64,000 nucleotides of DNA. Source: Octopus sinensis (Eukaryota). How positions within the stretch are numbered: position 1 is the first letter of the stretch; every line of letters begins with the position of its first letter. The notes under the pieces are model-generated. The model saw only the letters and a program-made list of their open reading frames with translations, was not told the origin of the DNA and made no database searches. A program made the translations under genes and the position numbers. Location: the NCBI RefSeq assembly GCF_006345805.1, contig NC_043019.1:13701360-13765359 (forward strand), given 5' to 3'. Below are positions 26,825 through 40,476 of the stretch, piece by piece.

Positions 26825-27480
26825 CTAGATGAATGACCCGGCGTTGCCCGAGTTACTGTTGTCCTCTTTCAGAGTAGTAAACAGTGAATATTGATATAAT
26901 CTCATAATTCTTTCAAAATATCTATATTTTATTAAAAAAATATCCAAATTGTAATGATAATAGAATTTCAAACTGAAAATCTGGCAAAGTTGAAGCACAT
27001 CAAAGTAAACAATATCCATTGTGAAATTTTATGTTGGTGTGCAAATGAATAAATTGTTGCTTCTTCCAATTCATGAGCAACCAACAGAGAGTTGACCGTG
27101 GAAGAATCATGCAGTAGAGAGATCCAGTGCAACTACCTTGAGGGATTGGCCCTGAAATTTGTTAACTGAAATGCCAAAACTTAGTTTTGACAGGAAACTG
27201 AAGTGTCTTAAATGAAAATAGAACATCTGTAAGTATGAGAGGGATTTTTGGAATTATGGTATTTTCTCCTTTCTGATTGCCTGTTATGGCTGTTGCCTGT
27301 ATGTCATGGGACTTCATAGAAGTAACAATTAAGCGATTTCCATTACACAGGTGAGATGGATCAATATTCCTAAGCAACATAATTGGAGTACCCAGTGCCA
27401 AGTTATGCGGCGGCATCCCAGTGGGTTTAAATATGTTCAAAAATTCAAAAGGATATTGAATTCTTTCTGAGGGTGTGAGG
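26825..27480 (-). mobile_element. Helitron 3' remnant (Pif1-like helicase C-terminus plus terminal hairpin and CTAG)
   Basis: Minus-strand translation YPFEFLNIFKPTGMPPHNL..GTPIMLLRNIDP..LCNGNRL...IPKIPLI...LQFPV, then after a frameshift NKFQGQSL..FHGQL. The terminus reads ctcgggcaacgccggg + 8 nt + CTAG (26825-26828). Confidence 0.9.
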
Positions 27481-30424
27481 GAGAAGACATTTTCGAAGAT
27501 ACAGAAATTCGTAATTTTTTTGCTTGAGTAGTTATTTCAACTGTGTAAGTTTACATGGTGTAGAATATGTACTGACTAACGCAGTAAAACGTCTGAGTAA
27601 AAAAAATGTTAGATTCATTTATCTTTCACTTGAGTAATAGAAAAAGATTTTTAAAAAGATCCCAACAGTGGAGACGTGCTAAAACTAACAGTTAAATCGC
27701 CCCTAACTTTTTTCCATGGTGAAACTATATTCAACACCGTATTTATGAATTTGTTTCTCTGACGATGATACATTGGATCTTTTTAAATACCATTTTTTTG
27801 TTACTCAAACGAAAAATGAATGAATCTTACAAAATTTCTCTGCGTCCCCAATGTAACAAAGTACAGAAAGTCAACATTCATTTGGAACTTACACGAAATG
27901 TTATAACATTCAGGATTGAATGTGACGGTAAAGAAAGTGAAGCTCCATGATAATTCAGAAGGCATAATTCAATTTTCCTTACAAAAATAATTAATTTTTT
28001 TTACAATTTTTAAACGAACGCTGAACAGTCTTTTGAAAGGAAAATGTTGCTGTTGAGAACGTTAATCAATTTAAAACATTTACTAAATCATGAATTTAAC
28101 AAGACGTAAATTCATGTGGCATCGTGTATTTTAACTGTGTAAGATTATATGTTGCAGAATAAATACTAACGCAGTAAAAAGTTTGTGCAGCGTTAAATAT
28201 TAACACTGTTAAAGCAGCATAGCTGGAATACGATAAGGGCGATAGGACTGTTAAAAAAGCATTGTCTTCAAAGGACTGGAATAACATTTCTGTAATTATA
28301 TTTAAAAAAAGGCGCTAAGGCTTTCTACTTCGCCATTTTCCCGGAGTTGTTGTAATAACCAGACTAATTTTTTTCCAGTTATATTTGCGAGTGCTGTGAG
28401 TGCTGTTAAATCAGTGAAATCTTCACGTTGGTTATAAAAATCAAAATAATGTTTCAGCACATTAGTGATAATCGTTAATGCTGTTTAAAGGGCAACTCTC
28501 CATGATGAAAAGGAAAATCCAAACAGTGGTACTTCAAAGTAAAGTGAACACTGTTGTTCGTTCAACGTCCAGGCCGTAACTAAACTAAACTCTTTCAAAA
28601 TCGGCGGGTTTCATAAAAATTATCACACATACACTCTCAAATACATATACTTGTCAGTCAACGATCTGACGTACGTAAGAAACGTGAAAGCACACATACT
28701 GACCGACACATACAGAAAATGTGACGTCGTCGTCGTCGTCGTCGTCGTAGTCGTATAAAATGTCGTTTACGGTAGTTGACTTACAAAGATTATAATGTTA
28801 AAATTCTGTAATGCAAATATGTAAATGAAAATAAAGTTTAGTTGGTAACCGAAGGTTTATTGAATCTTTTGATAGGCCACACACCATAATCTCTGTAGCT
28901 CAATTTTCGAATTCATGAGGAACATACGCACGCATTAGTTCTTCTATGGTTCCTTGTTTTGGGGCTGATGGGCAAGCTGGTCAACATATTGGTTACAACG
29001 CAAAACAATGAAATTGTAAACGTTAGGAAACGCTTATTTCGGGGTTTGTGGAGCTACTTATTCAGGGGCTGCCCTCCGTTCGACGACTGTCGAATGTTGT
29101 GTATCCTGAAACTCATCTTCTAAGTATCTCCAGAAAAAACAAGTACAGTGGTGTGCAGTCCAGATAACGCGGATTGATGTTCAAGGGAACTGGATAAAGG
29201 CGGATCTACGCTAGAAAAGCTCTTGCCCATGGTGCCCAAGCACAATTAGTTCGAACGCAGAATCATGTGATCCTCAACTGTAAATTCTTCGCAACTTGTT
29301 AAGCCTGCTATTCGATAACATTTAACGTATTCTCTGCAGAATATTCTTGAGATTTATTAGAAATTTGTGAAACGTATTTTTTTTTAATATAATGGAAAAC
29401 GCTATTTGAGCAACGCATGTATGCTTAAAGTAGCTATCATTTGATAAATTGTTTGTGAATTTTTCTCGTTCTTATTTTTGTATTAGAAGTTTGTAATATA
29501 ATTATCGATAAATTAGTTAACATTCTTTCCAATATTTGTATTACTTTCGCTTTAACCTTAACCCCACTATGACACATTCTCTTTGAAGATAGCCACGCAA
29601 ACAGCTGAATGTTCACTAAATCTTTCTTCTTCTCCTATCGGAAAAAGTATTACATCCCTTTCTATAGAAACCAAATACATCATTAAAGAATTTCAATCAC
29701 TGAACATTACGTAGGCTAACAGATTTTCCATTCGTATGTTGTGTGTTCCTTTAAAGATTTGCAGTGAATGCTGCCAATATTCAGAAAGAAAAAAAAACCC
29801 ATCTATATATTTATTTACAATAATGGAGTCACCAAGAATACATGCAATTGACGGCTGATTTGCTCTCCACTATGAAGCTTGAATTGCAATTTCTATCTTC
29901 ATATGAACTGCTAAATCTATTTGATAGATGTATATCTACAATTTTACAGTTCAGGATTATTGTATTTGAATTTCGTAGATTATGGGAAAATCTCATATCT
30001 ACATTTATCAATTGAGAATATTAACAATTGGCCACTGAAAGGTTTATTCCGTTCCCTTGATAAATGCCAGAGAATGCGAGTGCCATACAGAATTTACAAA
30101 ACCGATTTATCACTGAATATCCACATCTTCCTTTACTAACTACTTGCTAATACACGAGGGAGAATATAGATATTGAAATCTATACAGATTCATTATGAGA
30201 GATTATAGCGGGAATGTGAAACATCCACGCTTGTATGCCATGACGCAGGCTCAATACTTTGTACACAAACCGAATAAAGATTACAGTAGGCAATCATTTG
30301 TCTTGTTGGAATTGGTTGGGTTTAAATGAAAGGAACATTAAATTTCCTTTTTATTATTCTCTGTTCCTCTGGAGGTTGATATGTAACCAGTGGCGTTATA
30401 GATATCTATTAACGATCACTTTGG

Positions 30425-30455
<31 letters not shown>

Positions 30456-31980
30456 AGTACGTATGCATGTATGTATGTATGTATGTATGTATGTATGTAT
30501 GTATGTATGTATGTATGTATGTATGTATGTATGTATGAATGGTTCTAAGACACACACGGGCAAAGTTGTTTAGCAGGTGATATATAGTTCCATGGAGGAA
30601 AATTTTGCTACCATTTGAAAATACTAAATGGTCTAGACATAAAACGGAATGAGAGGAACGTCGAGGGAGATTAAAATTTGATTTAGGTGGTAGTAAATGA
30701 TCAGAAGGGTAAATAATATTTTAGTAGAAGCAGAGCAGTTTATTCACAACTATGTTTCTTTCATCTATAAAGCAGTATTTAAGACATTAATGTTTCAAAA
30801 CTGCAAAGAATGGAGTGAGTAATAGCATTTATTATACATAGAAGAGGCATTTAAATCAGCAATACACTCGATAGCGGCTCTTAAAATGCTTGCTTATACT
30901 TCAACTGTGTTCGATTAATATGCATAAGGATCACTCGTGATAATAATTTTATATCGTAGACTCTGCCTCACTTGAGAGAAGCTTACCTGCAAACCACTGA
31001 TCAGCAGAACGAAACACGAAGTTAACACAACATGGCCACCTATGCGGTCGATAAGCAGTCGCCATTTTCACTGCACGCTATATTTTAACGATACAGGTAT
31101 AAGTATGTTTGCGAGTGGTGGTGCTGCTGTCGATAGTGGTATTTCTGTTGCTAAAGCAAGCAGCATAACTCTCTGCGGAATAGAATTAGTAACCAACATC
31201 TTAATTTCATATATTTTTGGTATTGCTAAGACATGTAATTGTCTGGAAATACATTTTACTTATCAAGATAACGCATGATTAAGCTAGCGTTAACTTCACA
31301 GGAAACAACTTTGCTCACAAGAACGCTTTCGGTTAGTGTTTAATCTCTCTAGGAAATATTAAGAAATACTTATGATTTTAAGCGCACACAAACATATATG
31401 TGTATATATTTATGCATACATGCATTTATACATAAATACAAATATATGGATACATGCATACATGCACACATACATACATATATACATACACGTAAGTATT
31501 ATGCATGTATGTATATGTGTATATATGTATTTGCAGAAATTCAGTGCTGATATTCACTGTGTTCATAGGGCTGTAAATTTTATTTTTACACGATATTCCA
31601 CGTATAGAAATGTAAAACTACAACAACAGTAACAGCATAAACAATAAAAACAACTATATAACTCACCCCCGCAAAAAAACAACAAAAAATGGATTTGGTC
31701 TGGTAAATTATTCTACGAAATTACATTTTGTGAAATTCTTTTGGGAAGATAGATTCTGTAAATCTGCAATGATTCAAAGAAAATGTGGGAAAAAATAGAA
31801 GCTGAAAAAATTATTGGACAGGCCAAATTTCAATATCAGAACTTGACTACAAAGGAGAGAGAAGATCATGTCTAACTGAGCAAACTAAGAAAGGCAGATA
31901 AAGTTTTGCTTAGTATTTTTGTTTTCTTTTCTTCGTTCTCAGCCAACTACTTCGAAGAGATACTAAGAGTTTCTTGTTTT

Positions 31981-32039
<59 letters not shown>

Positions 32040-32476
32040 TACATACATATATGTATATATATTCGGATACATAGTTATCATACTTGTATGTAAGCTAATA
32101 TGTTTGTATATATAAATATATATATATGTATGTATGTACTTGTTGGTATATGTACATATGTCCCTTGTGTAAGCAGCTATTTATTCATAGCTACATGCAT
32201 TATACATGGAATATCTTATATCGTTGTATTATGTTGAAGAGTTTGTATGTTATAATGTATTGTTATGGGAAGGGTAGCGGTGTCGTGTCTTTCATTTTTT
32301 TCTCTTTTCTATTTTATTTTATTTTCTTCCGTTTCTGATTCGAGATACGAGAACAATACAATATTCATGTGATATTGTCGTTTAGGAAACAAAACAAAAT
32401 ATATATGATGGAATAAGATACATTAAATACTTAGCATAGACGATGACAATGATGACAGATATGGTGCCAATGATTA

Positions 32477-32582
<106 letters not shown>

Positions 32583-32599
32583 CATTATTATCTTCATTT

Positions 32600-33290
32600 A
32601 TCTCTGATATTGGTACAAAGTCTGAAATTTTGAAGGGAGGGTGTAGTCGATTAATATCAGCCCAAGTGCTCAACTGGGATTTATTTGATCACTCTATAGT
32701 AAAGACATAGTCAATCTCGGCGTCATTTGAACTCAGAACGTAACATAGGATGATATACTTTTAAGCATCCCTTCAGCCCGCCGCCTTATGTCTTAAATAG
32801 TAAAATTTGTGCTAATATATTTAATATAATGGGGACGGTTAGCTGGTAGAATCGTTAGTATGCTGGGTAAAATGCTTATTGGCATTTCCTCCGTCTTTAC
32901 GTTCTGAGTTCAAATTCCACCGAGGTCGACTTTGCCTTTCATCCTTTCAGGGTCGATAAAATAAGTACCAGTAAAATACCGGGGTCGATATAATCGAGTT
33001 ATCCACTCCCCTGAAATTTCTAGCTTTATGTCAAAAATTGAAACAAATATATTTAAGGTACAGAGGGCAGCGAGTTGGAAGAATCGTTAGCACGGCGGGC
33101 CAAGTACTCAACGGTATTTTGTTCATTTTTAAGTTCTGAGTTCAAATCCTGTCGAAGCCAACTCTGTTTTATAATTCTTTGGGGATCAAAAAAATAGGTA
33201 AAATTTGAGCACTGGAGTTGTTGTAACCAACTTAACCACTCACCCCGAAATTGCTGACCAGGTGCTAAAATTTAAAACAAATATATTTAA
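32600..33290. mobile_element. Cluster of three diverged SINE family C monomers (one minus, two plus)
   Basis: Approximately 32600-32786(-), 32833-33050(+) and 33065-33290(+); all share the ctgagttcaaat B-box and the gtcgactttgcctttcatcc body. Confidence 0.8.
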
Positions 33291-33305
33291 GGTAATGAGA
33301 GCGGT

Positions 33306-33725
33306 GGCAGACGAAATACCTATTTCTTTACTACCCACAAGGGGCTAAACACAGAGGAGACAAACAAGGACAGACACACGGACTAAGTCGATTATATCGA
33401 CCCCAGTGCGTAACAAGTACTTATTCTATCGACCCCGAAAGGATGAAAGGTAAAGTCGACCTCGGAGGAATTTGAACTCAGAATGTAACGGCAGACGAAA
33501 TACCTATTTCTTTACTACCCACAAGGGGCTAAACACAGAGAGGACAAACAAGGACAGACAAACGGATGAAGTTGATTATATCGACCCTAGTGCGTAACTG
33601 GTACTTATTTAATCGACCCCGAAAGGATGAAAGGCAAAGTCGACCTCGGCGGAATTTGAACTCAGAACGTAGCTGCAGACGAAATCCCGCTAAGCATTTC
33701 GCCCGGCGTGCTAACGATTCTGCCT
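33306..33725 (-). mobile_element. SINE family C multimer (head plus two ~184-bp units plus a junction)
   Basis: The tail aaagaaatag is joined directly to the internal gtatttcgtctgcc twice. Confidence 0.88.
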
Positions 33726-34422
33726 GCTTGCAGCTCCTCTGTTACATAATATTAAAACAGATACATATTTTAAAATTATATTTATTTTACTAATATTTAT
33801 ATTCCAATATATCTTTTGCGAATACACCTGATAAATTAAACTTGAATGATACCAATTTTGCAAAAATGTACTTATTCAATATGTCAGTTACCAAAAGAAA
33901 AAAACAACATAAAAAAACAAGAAGAAAACCGTTGTGTTGAGAAACTAAATTTTGACAATTTATGTGTGAAAACAACAGGTCGAAAATATTCTCTGAATTG
34001 TGTTATTTTCCGTTCTGTTATTAATGAAACGGTTGAATATTTTAACATCTCAGCATGACTAGTACTAATATAATTTCTTAATATATATTTTTCTTCTGTC
34101 AAAATATACTTTATACGTCTGAATTCATATTTACATGACTACAGACGTTAAGACGGATGTCATTTAAAACTTGATAACAATCTTAATACTAAATATTTTA
34201 CTACTAGTTATATAAAACCATCATTTCATTTGTTTGAAATTCATTGCTTATTCCTGTTCTATTGTCTACATGTGCTAACATGTGGCGAGTAATCAAAATT
34301 GTTTAACACGTCGGACGAACTGCTTAATGGTGTTTCTTCTGACTTTACATTTCGAGTTCACATTTTGCCGAGGTTGACTTTATCCTGCTTCCTTTCGGAG
34401 TCAATAAAATAAGAACCAGAAT

Positions 34423-34925
34423 GCGGCGAGCTGGCAGATTCGTTAGCACGCCAGGCGAAATGCGTAGCCGTATTTCGTCTGCCGTTACGTTCTGAGTTCA
34501 AATTCCACCGAGGTCGACTTTGCATTTCATCCTTTCGGGGTCAATAAATTAAGTACCATTTACGCACTGGGGTCGATGTAATGGACTTAATCCGTTTGTC
34601 TGTCCTTGTTTGTTCCCTCTGTGTTTAGCCCCTTGTGTGTAGTAAAGAAATAGGTATTTCGTCTGCCGTTACGATCTGAGTTCAAATTCCGCCGATCTCG
34701 ACTTTGCATTTCATCCTTTCGGGGTCGATAAATTAAGTACCAGTTACGCACTGGGGTCGATGTAATGGATTTAATCCGTTTGTCTGTCCTTGTTTGCCCC
34801 CTCTATGCATAGCCCCTTGTGGGCAATAAAGTAATAAGAAACATTAGCACGCCAAGCGAAATGCTTAGCAGTATTTCGTCTGCCGTACTTTCTGAGTTCA
34901 AATTCCGCCGAGGTCGACTTTGCTC
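34423..34925 (+). mobile_element. SINE family C multimer
   Basis: gtatttcgtctg recurs at 34470, 34654 and 34871; an older monomer lies at ~34283-34420. Confidence 0.88.
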
Positions 34926-35908
34926 CAATATGGCCTCTGTCAAATGACTGAAAGAAGTAAAAAATAAAAGAATAGTTCGAGCAACACACTTTGAAATGTA
35001 ATACCTGTAGTTTTAAGAAGTCAAAGCATCATTTCAGGCAGAATCTGCTGCTATATCTTGTATATGAAACGACCACATGAAAGTTCTATTGGCTTATAAA
35101 GAGAATTCTGTTATAAAGAAATGTACTCACCACACTGTATCCTACGTATTGTACCGTGTACTCGAAACACTGAAACTATACCGCCATTTTGTTTGCGTTA
35201 ACATAAAATATTTTCCTTGTCGTATTTTCAATTAGTGGAGGAAAAAAAACCGATATTTTTCTCAAATTCCTATAATTATATTCGATTATTTTCAAATGGA
35301 TTCGATTATCTGTCGAACTACCGTGATGATGTCTGAAAGAATTCAGCTCTTCAGTTCCCCAGCTCGTTCTTAAATTGTCCAAGATCCTTTAATATTGCGG
35401 TTCTTTTCTTTTTTTCCTTTTTCCTTAGACAGGTGCGAAATTCGATAATGATTCTTCCATATTTGAACTGAAAGCTCCACTCGTTATCCTTTCATTAATA
35501 ATCAAGAATCTTATTGTTCGTGAGAATTATCTTAATGAAGTAATTAAGCCTTGATGCAATTAATGTAGTAATTAATGAACAGCTGTTGAATTCTTCCTCT
35601 TCATTGCCAAACTTAAAGGGTTTTTGTGGTCTATGTGTCCTATGTATTCTTTCTGTTATTCATTTCTTACGTTGTATTGCAGAATTCCAATATGCAGGTG
35701 CAAACAGCGATAGGAATGCGAGAAATTTGTCTCGAAGCCACTTGGTTATACATTCAATTTCACTGTTTAGCAATTTGGTTCTCACTGCCTTTTATCATAG
35801 TGTCGGTTTGGTTCAATGCTCAGGTGTATGGAATTTTGAAGACGGAAAATTTGTTGAAACAAATCGTGCATATATAAATACATATATACATATATATATT
35901 TACACACA

Positions 35909-35982
<74 letters not shown>

Positions 35983-36245
35983 ATTATATATTATATATAT
36001 ATATTTGTACATTTATATATATTATATATATATATATATATATGAACACATACATTTATATATATACATTTCGTCTTTGGAGTTGGTATGCAAGATTCTT
36101 TATGGGAGTTCGTGTGTTGAAGTATATTCTGTTGTGTCTAGAACTAGAAATGTTTACACCATAAGATGCACAGAAGGTGTTTGTAAAGACATGAACATGA
36201 CATAGATAGGGAAGGCAGTTTCTCTTGTGTTTAAATGTACACTAT

Positions 36246-36419
<174 letters not shown>

Positions 36420-36545
36420 GTCAAACAAATTCACGCACAAAACATTGTTAGAAGTCATCGACTCAACTGACCGTACAGTGGGACTGAATCTTTTGAAACT
36501 ATGTTGTGAAGCTATATTATTCCTGGAATGAATGTTTAAAATATA

Positions 36546-36761
36546 CAGGGTGGCCCAAAAGTAGGTTTCCAGTTATTAAACAACTATCTCTTACGCATTC
36601 ATATTTTAACAGTTTAGCTCTTAATTATAAAAAAGAAATGAAATCGTTATTCTGTTCTAGTTTAGTTAACTGTAAGATAAAAATTTAAACGTAATAAAAT
36701 GCTTGAAACGAAATTTCAAGAGCTTACGTGATATCTGTAACCTTACTTTTTGGCCACCCTG
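36546..36761. mobile_element. Tc1/mariner-type MITE, 216 bp
   Basis: TIRs cagggtggcccaaaagtaggtttccag and ctgtaaccttactttttggccaccctg, with TA on both sides. Confidence 0.88.
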
Positions 36762-38138
36762 TATAACAAAACTACAGCGACGAATCAACTTCAAAACTTT
36801 TGTTCTCGTTTGTTGTCTGTTGCTGGAATGATGTACAGTAATGTTCAGTAATTGTTAAACTGTAATCCGTGTTACATCCACGTCGAAGCAAAAACAAAAA
36901 CAAACAGAATCAAAATTTGTAGTCGTTTTTGAAGTAGCCACTCAGTTGGTCCGCCATTAATTTAGGAATTGGTTATCTAATTTCGATGCCAAACATGTTC
37001 TAGTTCTAGCTATAAATTCCAGCAAGTTTGTTTGAGAGAACACTACACGATATAATTACAAATGAATTTTGTAAAGTACATTTGAGTTTGCAAAACAAAT
37101 TCTTTAGTTCTTTTATAACACCGGAAGCGGAAATTTATATGCGTGTAGAAGATAATCGAAGACGAACTGAAGCACAGAATATATATATATAACAGAAGCA
37201 CATATTTTGGCAAGCTGTAAGTATTATATATTAAACACCGAAATATCTAACAAAAGTTTTGTTTTAAACATTTATCTCATTTACTGATCGACAAATTATT
37301 TATCTCTCATCTTTTCTTGTTTTCGTTGTTATTTTGCTAACGTTTGAAGTTGAAATAATATTCCTACTAGTACGAAATATAAATATGCAGATATTTAAAA
37401 TTTAATTATATCTAATGGGATTCTTAATATATTGAAATATATTCACATACTATATTCAATAAATGACTGTTGAAGTTATCTCTCATCATAACATGCTAAT
37501 GAATTATAATTGACGTATTTCTATTCATCTTTTATTAACGATGATGATATTTTTTCTTCTTATTTTTCTCTTCTTCTGAATGTTTGTGGAAATTCATTAT
37601 CTGCTTGCTATTTGTAATTTTCAACTAGAAATCGTGAATTACTTTGGAAAGTCAGAATCTTGCGAATTACATCTATAAAAGGTTGTTAAGAGATTTTGTA
37701 GACGTCGTATTTTTCTATGGCTTCAAAACTAGTTCGTTTATTCGCTTATTCTCTTATCAATTAAACATCAGATCGAATGCACAACATTACGATAGCAGAT
37801 AATAGTGCTATTGTTGAGAAATTAACTCTTTAGTTACGTAATAGTTGCGGAAAAATTGTGGCAGGTTCAATCCCGCAAGGCATCACATTGCCAAGTGTTT
37901 CCTAACCTCGTCCACCAAATTCTACACAGAATGCCTTTTGTAGAAAGAATTTGGTAGACATGGCTCTGTGTTCAGTCCCACTACACAGAACTTTGGGGTA
38001 GTGTCTGTTACTATAGTCTCGAACGGACCAAAGCCTCGTGAGTGAATTTCGTAGACGGAAACTGAAAGAAGCATGTTATATATATATATTAAAATTGTGT
38101 ATAAGAAATTTGGATTTACCTGTCATACATAAGAATTT

Positions 38139-38432
38139 GGAGGCGCAATGGCCCAGTGGTTAGGGCAGCGGACTCGCGGTCGTAGGATCGCGGTTTCGAT
38201 TCCCAGACTGGGCGTTGTGTGTGTTTATTGAGCGAAAACACCTAAAAGCTCCACGAGTCTCCGGCAGGGGGTGGTGATCCCTGCTGTACTCTTTCACAAC
38301 TCTTTCTTCTGTTGGCCTGCTCGCTTAGCCAGCGGGGTGGCGTCATTCGAAGGCTAAAACAATGCGAACGCATTGTGACCAGCGATGTGTAGCAACATCT
38401 GATGGTCTGGTCAGTCACGTGATCACGTGATC
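38139..38432 (+). mobile_element. SINE family B full length, tail variant 2, 12-bp TSD
   Basis: tRNA-like head, 3' (cacgtgat)n tail, and TSD acataagaattt at 38127-38138 and 38433-38444. Confidence 0.92.
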
Positions 38433-38547
38433 ACATAAGAATTTACCTGCGATTTGTATTCTACATACATTTACTGGTATCTGATTGTTGGAAATTTAAA
38501 CTTATTCCTTTATACTGAGCGCTTACCTGATTTCCGTTTATATATAT

Positions 38548-39440
38548 ACGCACGAGGAGGTCGGACTTGTTCAGTGGTACGCCAATAGATATCAACACAC
38601 GGTTTCGTGACCTGTGTGAGCTAGCAGTGACCTTCATGAGGCATTGTTCTGAGTGACATAGCTGTGTTTACTTCGCAAATTGTGAAATTTGTGTTTATGT
38701 GATCACAAGTGTGATGTAGTCTGCAATTTTGTCAGAGACAGGAACAAAAAGCCAACGTGAACTTTTGCGTAATACTAGCGAGGTGGTCTGTTACAGAGAG
38801 ACACTGATCATGCTTCGGCTAGCTTACGGTGACGAGACAATGGGTTTTACATAATGCTTCGAGTGGCATGGGTGCTTCAAAAGTAGAAGAACATCTCTGG
38901 AAGACGATAAGCAGTGTGGAAGACCTGTCACGAGCGTCATCCCCGGAAATATGATATTGTGCATCGGGAATTTGTACCTCAGGACCAGACCTTCAATTAA
39001 GAGTTCTACTGCTACGTTTTGAATTGTTTGAGGGAGGACATCCGTCGAAAGAGGCCGGATCCGAGGAACGCAAAGAATTTAATAATTCACGATTACAATG
39101 CACACTGTCACCGAGCACTCATTCGTAAGTTTCTCGCCCAAAACAACAGTTTCGCTTCCGCACCCGCCCAATTCGCCAGAATTAGCACCTGCTGACTCCG
39201 TCTCTTTCCCAAGATGAAAAATACAGCTCAAAGGTCGCCGTTTTTACACCTTTGTCGAGATCCAGAGCGACTCGCTTATGGAAAACGACTTTCAGGCCAG
39301 ATACCAAAAGTGGCAGGGACGCTGGAAACGGTATATAGCTGCGCAAGGTTACTATTTCGACGTGGATAATGTTAAAGCTTAAATAAATTGTCTTTTTTTT
39401 TATTATTAAACATAACTAGTCCGGGTACATTTTGATATAT
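38548..39440 (+). mobile_element. Internally deleted, decayed mariner element
   Basis: Fragments read EQKANVNFCV, CFEWHGCFK..TSLEDD...GRP, LREDIRRKRP, HDYNAHCH, SPELAPAD, FPKMKIQLKGRRF and AAQGYYF; partial TIR remnants (cggact) at both ends. Confidence 0.88.
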
Positions 39441-40434
39441 GTGTGTGATTATCTATAATTATGGATATATTCCTGTTTATACGCTTAAGACTGTGTGTCG
39501 CTTTGCTCACCTTTATGTCAAGATGACATAATTATTCGATAATTAGAAATCAATTAATTGACTGCCAGCCTGAAATACTGCGATCAGTAAGATTGTCTAT
39601 AACCTTTGAAGTTGGCACCGCGACATCGCTACAATCAAACAGTCGAAACTTGAAGCTAACTGAATAAATTTAAATCATAAATGTGAACGTCACCTTTTCT
39701 CATTGGTTAATGGTGCTATACGTGGTGCTATTAAGGGCGTGGCCTATTGGTTAATGTGTTGCGCTGTGGATCGCAAGATCGTGGTCTCCATTTCAGGACT
39801 GGATGGTGCGTGGTGTCTTTGAGCAAAACACTTCCTTTCTCGATGCACAGCGATCACTTTGACATCTGATACGTGGAACACTATGCATTTGTACAAACTA
39901 AATCGACTTGATGGAGGAAGTGAACTAACGTTCAATATAAACACTTCATCACTATACACAAATCATTTGTGTATAGTTACAAAACCTTCATGATTCGTTA
40001 ACGACAGGAGAGTCAACCACGGGGCTACTTATGATTGGAAATTTTAAGGTTTTTGTATTAAATAAGGTAAAAAAAAATATTATATATATTCATCACATCC
40101 TCTTTCTTGGTCTTCCAGTTAAAATACAAACTTCGAAGTGAGATCCTGCCAGTTTATTTGGAAATGAATTATCTCCCTTATAACAAGTGGCCACCAGAGT
40201 ACACCACATGTTTGCATTTTCCTTCTCGATTGTGAATCTGTGTGGGTCGACGAATACACACACACACACACACACACACACACTCATGCACATACGCTCA
40301 GAGGCACAGACACACACAGACACACACATACACACATACACACACACACTCATGCACATGCGCTCAGAGACACAGACAGGCACACACAGACACAAACACA
40401 TACACATACACACAAACACAACACACACACACAA

Positions 40435-40476
<42 letters not shown>

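Noticed and set aside
28652-28705. CTGACGT-ACGT/aagaa/ACGT-GAAA motif
   Set aside because: A9 is missing and no consistent stem I or III register exists; probably chance.
38141-38215. tRNA gene-like sequence (also 9521-9595, ~1862-1935, ~39733-39800)
   Set aside because: The acceptor and anticodon stems do not close, and where recognisable the sequence continues into a SINE body; these are treated as SINE heads.
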